From Eledone cirrhosa (taxonomy: Eukaryota): a stretch of DNA of 64,000 nucleotides. The notes under the pieces are model-generated. The model was not told the origin of the DNA, did not search any database, and saw only the letters and a list, made by a program, of their open reading frames with translations. Shown piece by piece: positions 45,062 through 56,959 of the stretch (the stretch's first letter is position 1; each line of letters begins with the position of its first letter). The position numbers and the translations under genes are program-made. The stretch covers positions 277,264,001-277,328,000 of the forward strand of contig OZ024741.1 in the NCBI GenBank assembly GCA_964016885.1. Reading direction: 5' to 3'.

Positions 45062-45596
45062 ATGGATATACACGGATTTTCACATTACCTCGCTGTTTTC
45101 AACACGACACACTTGGAACAAAGCAATATGCTCAGTTCGCATAATACAGACGTGGCTCTCACAACGATCTCCTCTGGGGCCACAACAACGGCCGAACTGG
45201 TTGCTAGCTCGCAGAGAACTCAGTCAAGCAGTTCTTTTTTCCTAAACAGCAACCCCACAACGTCTAGTGACTGGACAACTAGTTCTACACAAGATGGTCT
45301 GAACTTCAACGGAGATCGAGGCTTACCTGGACACAAAGCTATCGCCTGGTCTGACGACATACGTCTGCCCTTCTACATCCTTATTCTCTTCCTAGCGGTG
45401 ACCGGCAACGGACTGGTCATCGTTACATTAGTACAGAACAAGAAAATGCGCACAGTGACCAACGTGTTTCTATTGAACTTATCAGTCAGTGATCTCTTGT
45501 TGGCTATCTTCTGCATGCCTTTTACACTAATACCAGCCCTTCTCAAAAACTTTATCTTTGGAGAGACAGTTTGTGTCTCAATTCGCTACCTCCAAG
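45062..45596 (+). CDS. First coding exon of a cholecystokinin/sulfakinin receptor-like rhodopsin GPCR (N-terminus to start of TM3)
   Basis: GNGLVIVTLVQNKKMRTVTNVFLLNLSVSDLLLAIFCMPFTLIPALLKNFIFG..C..YLQG is CCKR-like; phase-1 donor CAAG|GTAAGT at 45596/45597; ATG 45062 is the likely start. Confidence 0.9.
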
Positions 45597-45922
45597 GTAA
45601 GTAAGGTGATTTATATTATTTTCTTTTATATTTCCTTTCTCACGTTTAATCCTTTATTATTCAAGGTTATAGTAAAAGTTGATTATAAGGCGCAATACCT
45701 ACCCAACTAATGAATCAACCAGCTAAGATTCTTCTTATTTGCTTTAATATTCCGGTTTCTCACGTTTACTCCTTGGTTATTTTCCTTTGTTATTCAAGGT
45801 AAAAGTGAAAGTTGATACTAAGGCGCAATATTTCAGGGACCCATAAAACGTAAATTTCAAAAGTTCGGGGTGTAGCTTCATGTTTTTTTTTTCTAGGTTC
45901 ACAAACACACGCACATTCACAG

Positions 45923-46013
<91 letters not shown>

Positions 46014-46018
<5 letters not shown>

Positions 46019-46216
46019 AAAAAGTTTAACCCCGGCGGCAGAGTTGAAGCCGTTTCGACGGCTATTTCTAGACTCATGTCCAGAAATAGCCGTCGAAACG
46101 GCTTGAGCTCTGCCGTCGGGGTTAAACTTTTTCCTATTACCCACTCTCCTACCCTAAGTATTGAGTACTCTGGTGCGTTATGGTCCATATGGTTCCTTAC
46201 CACACTTCCTTCGTTA
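46014..46216 (+). mobile_element. Foldback element with HHR 3' half plus tail, in (TA)n
   Basis: Inverted arms 46014-46137; GACGGCTATTTC..GAAATAGCCGTC-GAAA-CGGC..GCCG-TC-GGGG. Confidence 0.7.
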
Positions 46217-46440
46217 TATATATATATATATATATATATATAATGGAAAAATTTGAACAGGAACAAAACAGAGAGGCAGTACAACGAATGTTTATTAATT
46301 TCACGCTCTGGAGAGTGATATATATATATATATATCGATCTGTCCATTTATATACCTATGTCTTATAAACACAATTTGATTAGGACGAACTATTTTTGCT
46401 AAGAGAACGTTCCGCGAGTATACAGACTAACATATGCATG

Positions 46441-46474
<34 letters not shown>

Positions 46475-46483
46475 CAGCTCTTT

Positions 46484-46515
<32 letters not shown>

Positions 46516-46742
46516 CTCACTCTCTTTCTCTCTCTCTCCCGCTCTTAATATCTCTCTCTCTATATATATATCTATATATATCCATTTATTACATAAATAT
46601 TTATATATATTTGCGTGTGTATGCACGCGCGTACGTGTGTGTGAATGCGTGCATGTGCGTGCGTGTGTGTGTGCGTGCGCGTGTGTGTACGTGTGCATGT
46701 GTGTGTTTGCGTGCGTGTGTGTGTACGCGTGTGTGTACGCGC

Positions 46743-46797
<55 letters not shown>

Positions 46798-47004
46798 TGT
46801 GTGTGTGTACACCGATAGGTTTACGAACAAATTTTCCAAGTTTGAAAATTAAAAGTTTATTTGCTTTTAAAATAATCTAATAAACCAAGAAAATTAACCT
46901 TGGAAGGTAATTTATATATATATACTGTATATATATGTGTGTGTGAGTGTATGTATGTGTATGTATGTATGTGTGTGTGCGTGTGTAGATGAGTATGTAT
47001 ATAT

Positions 47005-47088
<84 letters not shown>

Positions 47089-47168
47089 ACGTGGTGTTCC
47101 AAAATATGTATATACACTTCGACAGAATTCTAATAAATATTGATCAAAGTGTGTATATATTTTGGGGG

Positions 47169-47228
<60 letters not shown>

Positions 47229-47323
47229 AATATATATATATATATATAGGTATGGAAATATATAGTATTGTCTGCCGCAAGAATCAGTACTCAATGCCAT
47301 AGCAGAGGTTAATATTTTCTTAT

Positions 47324-47503
47324 GGATTGGCAGTATCGGTAGAGGGTCGGACGCCATGCTTTCCAGCATAGTTACGTCCCTTTACGATCTGAGTTCAAAT
47401 CCTGCCGAGGTTGACTTTGCCTTTCATCCTTACGGGGTCGATAAAATAAAGTACCAGTAATGAACTGGGTAATTGCTGGCCTTGTGCCTAAAGTAGAAAC
47501 AAA
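47324..47503 (+). mobile_element. tRNA-SINE
   Basis: Full A/B boxes and family body as at 2347. Confidence 0.85.
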
Positions 47504-47604
47504 TATTTCCTTTATTAAGAGCAATTTTTAGAGATGCTACTAAGGAGTTTGTCCTGTGTCCTGTCAAGATCATCAGACCTTGTCAACCAATCCCCCACAC
47601 CACT

Positions 47605-47674
<70 letters not shown>

Positions 47675-47740
47675 GAAGAGAGAAGAAACATTTAGATATA
47701 ATTAGTAATAAAATGTATCATACCTAAACTGCTCCTAGAT

Positions 47741-47830
47741 TCCTCGACTACGTAGTTTCGTGGCATAAACAAAAACAATACATCATAAAGATATAGAGTC
47801 CCTGCGAGGTCTGCCGACTTATCAAGAGGA
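47741..47830 (-). ncRNA. Degenerate hammerhead (core TTGATAA)
   Basis: Minus: TCCTC-TTGATAA-GTCGGCA..TGCCAC-GAAA-CTACGTAG-TC-GAGGA; stems intact, two core substitutions. Confidence 0.55.
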
Positions 47831-47957
47831 TACCTCATTTTACTAGTCTCAAGAACGCGTCTACACGACGTGAGAAAGAATCCCAAAAGACGGTTGGGTG
47901 CGGATGCATTCATGTATATGTGTGTGTCCGCATGTATCTGTGTGTTTCTAAATATAT

Positions 47958-48017
<60 letters not shown>

Positions 48018-48405
48018 TGTGTTTGTGTGCGTATAAGAGTTACAACATTCAAACTTGGCCTTAATAAAGATTATAAATACATACATGATGATGGCTGCAA
48101 CTCAATTTTGTGTTATGCCATCGCTTGATACTTAAACATCAGCATCACAGACGTGGCTTTTTAGTCTTGTAAGGGACTTACCTTCGGCTTAACATGTTTT
48201 ACATCGCAAAAATGTCACATATCAAGCGATGCCTGTGTTTGAAGCTTTTTTAAGTGAGGAAAGGCTTTGCACGGGGCCAATCCTACTTTCTGAACATCGA
48301 ATGCATTTATCCAAATACATGCATCCATCCATCCATACATACATACAAACATACATACATGCATACAACATACATACATACACACATACATACATACATA
48401 CACAC

Positions 48406-49003
48406 ATGGTGGCTGCCAACTCGTTTTCGAGTACGGCCACTACTTTATATCCATGTAGGAGAACCCCTACCGATGCGCTGAACGAGTGCGACTTTTTAGT
48501 CCAGCCAGCGACTTGAAAACTCTGGTACAAACACTACACCTGTGACATTTATTGACACATAGGGCTGGGCCCATGGTACCATGTGACGACAAGTGCAGAG
48601 AGATCTCCAGATATAAAGCAATGCCTGTGCCGTGAAGCTTTTATAGTGAGCAAAGGCACTGCACAAAGTCAGTCCAAGATGATATTTACCAAAAAGAAGA
48701 ACAAGTCAAAATCATTGGATACCATCAGGGTTGCAGGTGTTATATCAGAGTTTTCCTTCTCCTAGAATTCTGCCTTGACAAAGGCTAAGGGGTCATCTCT
48801 CCCGGTGATTTTGGATGGCCATTGACTCTTAAGAGCTCCTTTGCCCTTTGACAGGTTTTGTTTTTAGTCCTGCAGGATGTCCAAAGTCACCCTCCTCACC
48901 AAGAAACCTTGGTGGGGGCTGCCAGTTTAGTCGCCAACGACCCGACCATGGGACAGGTTGTACTGGAATACATGCTACCAGTAGCACCAACTGGTGACCT
49001 GAC
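48406..49003 (-). mobile_element. Non-autonomous retroposon (RTE-like) in (ATAC)n
   Basis: Homologous to 60139-60748; flanked both sides by (ATAC)n. Confidence 0.8.
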
Positions 49004-49236
49004 ATAAACACATACATACATGCATACATACATACATACATACATACACACATACATACATTCGAATGTTATATGATTGTGTATTTCTAATAGCACACAT
49101 CGAAAAAGTTTGGGATATACACAACAAAGTAAACAATATCGTGTTTTATCTATGTAAAAACTGGCGGTGTTGCGAATTGCATTCTAAATTTGTTTTGGCA
49201 ATATACAATATACAATATACAATATACAATATACAT

Positions 49237-49361
<125 letters not shown>

Positions 49362-49365
49362 ATAC

Positions 49366-49499
49366 TTTTTCTGACGAAGACGGTGAGATGGATCTATAGT
49401 TTTGAGTCTAATAGTATAAATCTACATAACTATTATCGATTAGTCGCTATATCGATTAATCATGATCAATCCACCTTCTGAAACGATCGTAAAACAATG
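49366..49499 (+). ncRNA. Hammerhead motif with long stem II (family I)
   Basis: TTTTT-CTGACGA-AGACGG..CCTTCT-GAAA-CGATCG-TA-AAACAATG; same ends as 26350-26468, diverged insert. Confidence 0.65.
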
Positions 49500-49557
49500 A
49501 ACTGATTAAGCACTGAGCTTTGTCTTTTGTTTTCATTAATCAACATATATATATAAT

Positions 49558-49614
<57 letters not shown>

Positions 49615-51548
49615 CTTGGTAATCAACGTTTTTTCAGTTTTGTTTTGTTTTTGTTTTTTCTTGCCATGGTATGGTCCCGTAACTCCAGAGGGAGTCGTAA
49701 GGGCACCGTATTGAAATACAGCCTTTCTTGGGCATTTTAAGCCTGACGGAGCCCATTCCTCTCAACACCTAAGTACAGCAGATTTCTTCCAGAGGAGGAT
49801 AGAAAGTGAGAGAGAAAAAAATGAGAAAGCGATATAGAGGAAGAATCTACCCAGTACTAGACTGGTACTTTTTTTATCTACCTTCAAAGAATGATAGGCA
49901 GAGTTGACCTTGGCGGGATTTGAACTCAGAGAGCTGAGAGGCGAGACGAATACCACAAGGCATTCTATACGAAGTTGAAACGACTCTAGTAAGTCACCGC
50001 CTTAGTGTTCTTGCCATATATATCATTCATTGACAATATCATGGACGCTTTATTAAGTGATTAAGAAGTTTGCTTCCGCATCATGAGATCGCGGTTTCAA
50101 TCTCACTGCTTGGCACCTTGCCTGTGGTTATTTTATTACTGCCTGGTGTTGTACTAAGACCGCGAGGGACAAAATTGGATGAGTTGTAAAAAGATAAAAG
50201 GAACTCCGTCGGTTTCAACGATGAGTGTGCTGGTTGTTCAATCAACGTAGCAGCTTACACAAACAAGTGCACTATTAACGCAATACTCAGGAAGATTCAG
50301 CGGGAATTATAGATGCAAAATCATCCGACTGACTTCCAAATTGTTTCCATTTACCCAATTCTCCCCACAAGGCTTGGGTTAACTCGGATCTAGTAAGAGA
50401 GACTTGTCCAAGGAGTCATAGAGTAGGTCTACTAACAAAGCTTGGGTTAACACGAATCTATGATAAGAGAAACTTCTCAAGATGCAAGAGAAAGGGACCG
50501 AACTCGGAACCTTATGATGGGAAACAAACTTCTTAATCAATACATACTGCATCCATGGATGAGTAAGGTATAGCTGTTATTCAATGGTCCAGTCTTGACA
50601 TATAGTTTGTCACGCTGATTCTTCACGAAAATTACATGAATGTTGCTACACGTGTCTGTGGAATACCCTGAATTCTGATGAAAGACATTGTCTAAAACGT
50701 TAAATGTTTCGCCTCTTCCTTGCAGCTAACCGACATATTCTAGGGTTTAACTGTTTACACCAATATTTCTCAACATATGAGAGCTCACACCATACTTCGC
50801 CTCCGTGATAGATATGAAATGGAATAGATCTCCGTCGGTTTCGACGATGAGTATTCCAGTTGTTCGATCAACGGAAAAGCTTGCATTTCAAATTAACGTG
50901 TAAGTGTCTGAGTATTCTGCTGAAACGAGAACCCTTAATAGCATTCTCGAGAAGATTCTGTGACACAGTGTATGACAAGGTCGATCCATTGAATTATAGC
51001 TACAGCCTATCCGACGGGCTTCGAAATAGTTGCCGTCTACCCAATTTCGACACGAGGCTTCTATGATGGACACATACCCAAGACGTCCCGCAGTAGAATC
51101 GAACCCACAACCTCAAGATTCCAAAGCGAAACGTTTAACAATTCGATTATGCTCCATGTACACCATGCCCAAACAGAGGTAGTATATATTTATATATACA
51201 TAGAATATACGTTCTATCCTTTGTCCTGCGCTCCACCAAAATATTATAACACCCCGTCATAACAAACAGTAGTTCATACTCAGTAAATACCGAAGTAGGA
51301 GATCAATCTCTGAGGATATTCCAGCTTTTGATTTCGTTTGGTTTTTCCCAGATATATTTCTATCTTTCTTCGTTACGATATTGACATAATAGCGACACTA
51401 TTATCAGAGCTTAATACATTCCTAGCCACACACACACACAAATACATACATACATACATACATACATACATACATACATACATACATACATACATACATA
51501 CGTGCGTACATATGCATGTATATATACAAACAAATACGTGTGTGGGGG

Positions 51549-51598
<50 letters not shown>

Positions 51599-51796
51599 GG
51601 TGTGTGTGTATGAGTGTGTATGTGTGTCAATTCAGTGCCCCTATGAATCCATCAATAGTATATATATATATATATATATATAAAGAATTAGTATATCTAG
51701 TAACATATATATACGCAGATGCATACTTATGCTAGCAAATATATAGGTTTTGTCTTAGTAACTTTGTGGTTCAATGCATGGGGTTGCAGAACAATA

Positions 51797-51930
51797 ATAT
51801 GAGAGACGTAAAATAAGAAAATTATAAAATTAACTTACTTACTAAAATTTCACTCCCAACTAATTAGTTGGGAGTGAAATTTTAGTAAGTAAGTTAATTT
51901 TATAATTTTCTTATTTTACGTCTCTCATAT
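51797..51930. repeat. Perfect 134-bp palindrome derived from HHR family B
   Basis: Axis AACTAA|TTAGTT equals the family B stem III; arms resemble 4975-5065. Confidence 0.9.
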
Positions 51931-52175
51931 ATATATATATATATATCATCCCACTCCAGAACTAAATACCGCAGATTTCTTCCAGACAAGGATAGAGAGG
52001 GAGAGAATGGAAGTGAGAAAGAGATATAGATGAAGAATCGACCCCAGTACTTGACTGGTACTTTTTATCGACCACGAACGGATAAAAAGTAAAGTTGAAC
52101 TTGGGATTTAAACTCAGAGAGCGGAGAGCTGAAATGAATACCGTAAAACATTCTATCCAAAGTTTTAACGACTAG

Positions 52176-52239
<64 letters not shown>

Positions 52240-52284
52240 TATGGCACACTCTAATATATATATATATATATATATGTGTACAGA

Positions 52285-52373
<89 letters not shown>

Positions 52374-52378
52374 CACAC

Positions 52379-52443
<65 letters not shown>

Positions 52444-52468
52444 TCTGTACACATATATATATATATAT

Positions 52469-55208
52469 TAGAGTGTGCCATAAAAAGCAAGGTCACAATA
52501 CTAACGCTCACTGTGTATTTTCCCGTTATAAATGCCCCAATTGGTAAAATAAAACATATTTTCTATAAAATAAACCATTTTGAGCCTTGCCTATATCATG
52601 GTGATTATAGTGGAAAGTGGGATTATGTTGCATGAAATCATGAAAATATGAAACCAAATATGACCATACAATAATTGTTTATGTTATTAATCCATTATAG
52701 TTAGTAAACCAGCTTTGAATATAAAGGCGTACAAGGAAGAAACAAGTTCAGTTAAGTTAACTCCAGTCATATTTTTTTCAGAGTTCTTTTTTGAAACCCG
52801 GGACCTAGCGACGATGAACTTCGAGTACTTGAAGAACACACTGCTTCTCCTCATTCTTTGTGATGGCAACAAAATCAGTTATCAACTTGACTGCTCTCTC
52901 CGCCAGATCGTTGACTACCTTGATATTGTGAACAACAGCACGGGCATTTTGATATGACGATTGTGATGACCAAGTTGCATGTGACAGCTCAAGCCAAGTA
53001 TCGTCGAGACCAAGGAGATCGAACAGAAGCCTTGATTTCTTCCCAACTAGATGAGGCAGCTTCGTAAACGACTTCAAATCGGGAAATACTGGAGCACCAT
53101 GATCGTTTTGACAAGACGTTAGGCTATTTGTTTCTTCTCGGACTCTTGGACCCGACTTGAAAACAGTGCTAGCGGAATGGCTTCCTGCGTCAGGTACCAA
53201 AGATGCCTGCTCAGAGCAGTAGTGGCTGCCCGCGAGAGATCTCTGTCAACCTTACTGTACTGTGTTAACTCCACGTAGAATTGAAGGTCATTGGATGGTG
53301 CATCAGCACACTTGACTGATGTCAGCCAGTATCGTACGTAGAACAGAGCATTGAACACACAGATCCGGCGCAACTTTTCCATTTTAGCTTGATCATAATT
53401 GAGTCGCTCACCAAATGGATACATCTTTGCACTATAGATGATTGTGGACATCCACCGAGCGTTATGGTGCGCACCAGGCAGCATCCAATGAATTCCACGA
53501 GGAGGGGTGACACCAAGAAAGATCAATATCAACTCGGCACATTCTCGGTAGTCGTCCCGTGGAAGAGAACTCATTTTCCCATCGTCGGATGTCAGCAAAT
53601 CTTGGAGGAACTTGATGTTCTTAGAACACAGATGCTTGAGTCTCCGGTCGACAATGTTCAATGTTTTAAAGTTGGTCTTGTCCGTGAGTGACACCCAATC
53701 TTTTTTGAACTGCTTGAACTCTGGGGTGTCTGGACTGGACATTGCTCTGAATAGTTGTTGCCACACTTCACACAAGATACGCTCCATTACATGGTGCCGA
53801 CATGCAAAATAAAACACCTTTTTTATTGAGCATCTCTTCTAGTTTCACGCAGGCACCATTTTTCCATCCAGAATTCGAAGCAGACCCATCAACATTCCGA
53901 TCTTTAACAAGATCAAATGATGCTTTGGCTTGGGTGGTTCTAGTGTCATCAGGAATTATGGGAACACCGAGGAGTTTACCTTCTCTGAAGTCCGGAGTTC
54001 CAGCAACTAGCACACCTAGCTTCTCGTGGTCACCAGGAATTATTTTTCCATCCCAATGCAAGGTAACAAAGTCTGGTACTGCAAATTGTTCCTTTATGTA
54101 TTCAGCCCCCATAGTTCTGATCTTCTTAGCTGCACGTCTGCTACTATTTTTGGAGAGAGTTGTGGCGTCTATGTCAGTCCCACCCTCAGAAATAATCGAT
54201 GCCATAAATGCTGTGATCTGGCCCAGTGTCAGGTTTAAACGATCAGCCATTAGAGAAATTTTTGGACTTTGAAATGGATTCTTTAGGAGTTCCAGCTGGA
54301 TTTTTCGTTTCTTGTCTGACTTTGAGCTGTCTCTGGGTGGGTTTGAGGCCTGAAATTCAGGATCCTGTTCATCTTCAGTTTCATCATTGGTTGAACTTGA
54401 ATCACTCAGTTCATTACGTGGAAGTTGTGCTGCTACAGGTCCTGACAAACGCTTTCTATGGTTCTCTGACTCTCGACGAGCCACAGAAACATGATCACGC
54501 TTAAACTTTGAAGATACCTTTTTCTGGTAACCCTTGTCTTCAGCACCCAGAGATACTTTTTTCTGGCAACGCAGGGCTTCGAGAATTGTAGCATCTTCCA
54601 TTTTCTGTTCATTATTACGAAGACGGTCTTTCAAAATGTTCTTTTCAGCATCAGTATGTGAAATGTAGAAATACGAATCCAATTCAGAAATAAATAGTGC
54701 TTCCTTTTCTTTGTTTGACTTAGAACCTTTGTTTTTTTTTGTAAATTTCTGTATTCACTGTACATGTTCATAATTTTCAGTTTCACTTTGTCTTTTCGTT
54801 GAGTCGCCACACCAGCTTTTTCCCACTGACTAACTACTTCCATCACAAGCCTATCCTCAATAGCACCATTGAAGCTCACATGCTTTTCATGTTTCATAGG
54901 ACCATCTTTCAGGTAAAAGAAATATCTTAGAACATCCCCCTTTGTTGGTATTTTGTTTGGTGAAAAGGATGTAACATATTGCCCCAGGAGCCATATTTCT
55001 CGATCATCACAACTGAGCGAGTAGCTACAACTAGACCCACTGGTTTCCGCCATTATTCTGCCAATTTGCAACTATTAGGCAAAGCTTAGATTAGTCTGAA
55101 ATAATCAGAATTACATTATAAATTGATAATATACAAAATGGCATCAGAAAATCCATAGGGAGCTAAGAAAAAGACACTTTTGTGTAAAATGTGGGATTCT
55201 GGAACACC

Positions 55209-55211
<3 letters not shown>
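52469..55211 (-). mobile_element. hAT-superfamily (hATm-like) DNA transposon in (TA)n
   Basis: TIRs TAGAGTGTGCCA / TAGGGTGTTCCA; internal transposase; subfamily assignment from recall, unverified. Confidence 0.75.
52760..55071 (-). pseudogene. Frameshifted DDE transposase
   Basis: Four consecutive ORFs with HWDGK, GKLLGVP, SNSGWKNGAC, ACRHH, HHNARWM, RHLWYL, VVNDLAERAVK. Confidence 0.85.
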
Positions 55212-55268
<57 letters not shown>

Positions 55269-55420
55269 GTATATATAAATATACATATATATGTATGTTT
55301 GATTGTATGTGTGTGTGTATGTATATATATATGTATATATATATACGTATACATATACATATACATACATACACACACACACACATATATATATATACGT
55401 ATATGTATATATAAATATAA

Positions 55421-55459
<39 letters not shown>

Positions 55460-55513
55460 TGTATGAAAACACGACATAAGTCAGAGTTAGGTAGTTTATG
55501 TATGTATATACAC

Positions 55514-55559
<46 letters not shown>

Positions 55560-55566
55560 GTATATA

Positions 55567-55653
<87 letters not shown>

Positions 55654-55904
55654 AAGACAAACCGGTATCTAGGTAAACGCATAAATAAATCACCCAAACT
55701 ACAAAAGAAAGCTGTAAATCACGTAAACGTCACTGGAGAGATACTCTAATGACGCTTATATCTCGTGTTTATTCATTTGTAACATCTTTTTATTGAATGA
55801 CTTTACTATACGTATGTGTATGTCTAGCTGTGCAACTATGCATATATTTCTGCACATAGAGTCACACAGACACAAATATATATATATATGTGTATGTGTG
55901 TGTA

Positions 55905-55938
<34 letters not shown>

Positions 55939-55950
55939 CATGTGTGTGGA

Positions 55951-56112
<162 letters not shown>

Positions 56113-56375
56113 AACGAAACGAAATTTCATTTCTCACTCTTAGTACGGCTGGTACTTAACTGTAAGTATGTATGTACACGTACATACATATATGTATACA
56201 GACGTACAGTAGTATGTATATATATACATAATACATGCACACATATATATATGTACGTATGGGTTTACCGAACATTTATTATAATGCTCGGTTTCTTTGT
56301 AAACAAACAGCCCGAATTACGCCGTACAGTGTTCAGGCAACCATCGTCATCTTTTTGTTCAACACTGACACAGGA

Positions 56376-56418
56376 ATGATGTACTAGTTTCAAGCTTATT
56401 AGCTATCGTCAGCATCGT
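56376..56418 (-). ncRNA. Minimal hammerhead (family A)
   Basis: Minus: ACGATG-CTGACGA-TAGCTAATAAGCTT-GAAA-CTAG-TA-CATCAT. Confidence 0.8.
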
Positions 56419-56806
56419 ATAGCTTTCTGTCAGATGGTTGAACGTCTGAAAGCATATACTTATGCATATTAACGGCTGAGCAGCCTAATTTGCATATCGA
56501 GTGAGTTAGTCGGCCGGGCACACCAAAAACGATAAATGGAAAAGAATGAAACGAAATTTCATTTTTCACTCTTAGTGCGGCTGGTACTTAAATGTAAGTA
56601 TGTATGTATACGTACATACATATATTTATACAGACGTACAGTAGTATGTATATATATATACATACATGCACACATATATATATGTACGTATGGGTTTACC
56701 GAACATTTATTATAATGCTCGGTTTGTTTGTAAACAAACAGCCCGAATTAAGCGGTACAGTGTTCAGGCAACCATCGTCACCTTTTTGTTCAACACTGAC
56801 ACAGGA

Positions 56807-56849
56807 ACGATGTACTAGTTTCAAGCTTATTAGCTATCGTCAGCATCGT
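56807..56849 (-). ncRNA. Minimal hammerhead (family A)
   Basis: Minus: ACGATG-CTGACGA-TAGCTAATAAGCTT-GAAA-CTAG-TA-CATCGT. Confidence 0.85.
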
Positions 56850-56959
56850 ATATATATATATACATATATATATATACTGATTTATATATACACACACATA
56901 CACATACATACATACATACATACATACATACATACATACATACATACATACATACATAC

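Noticed and set aside
50670-50712. CTGATGA-AAGACATTGTCT-AAAAC motif
   Set aside because: G12 missing and stem I unpaired
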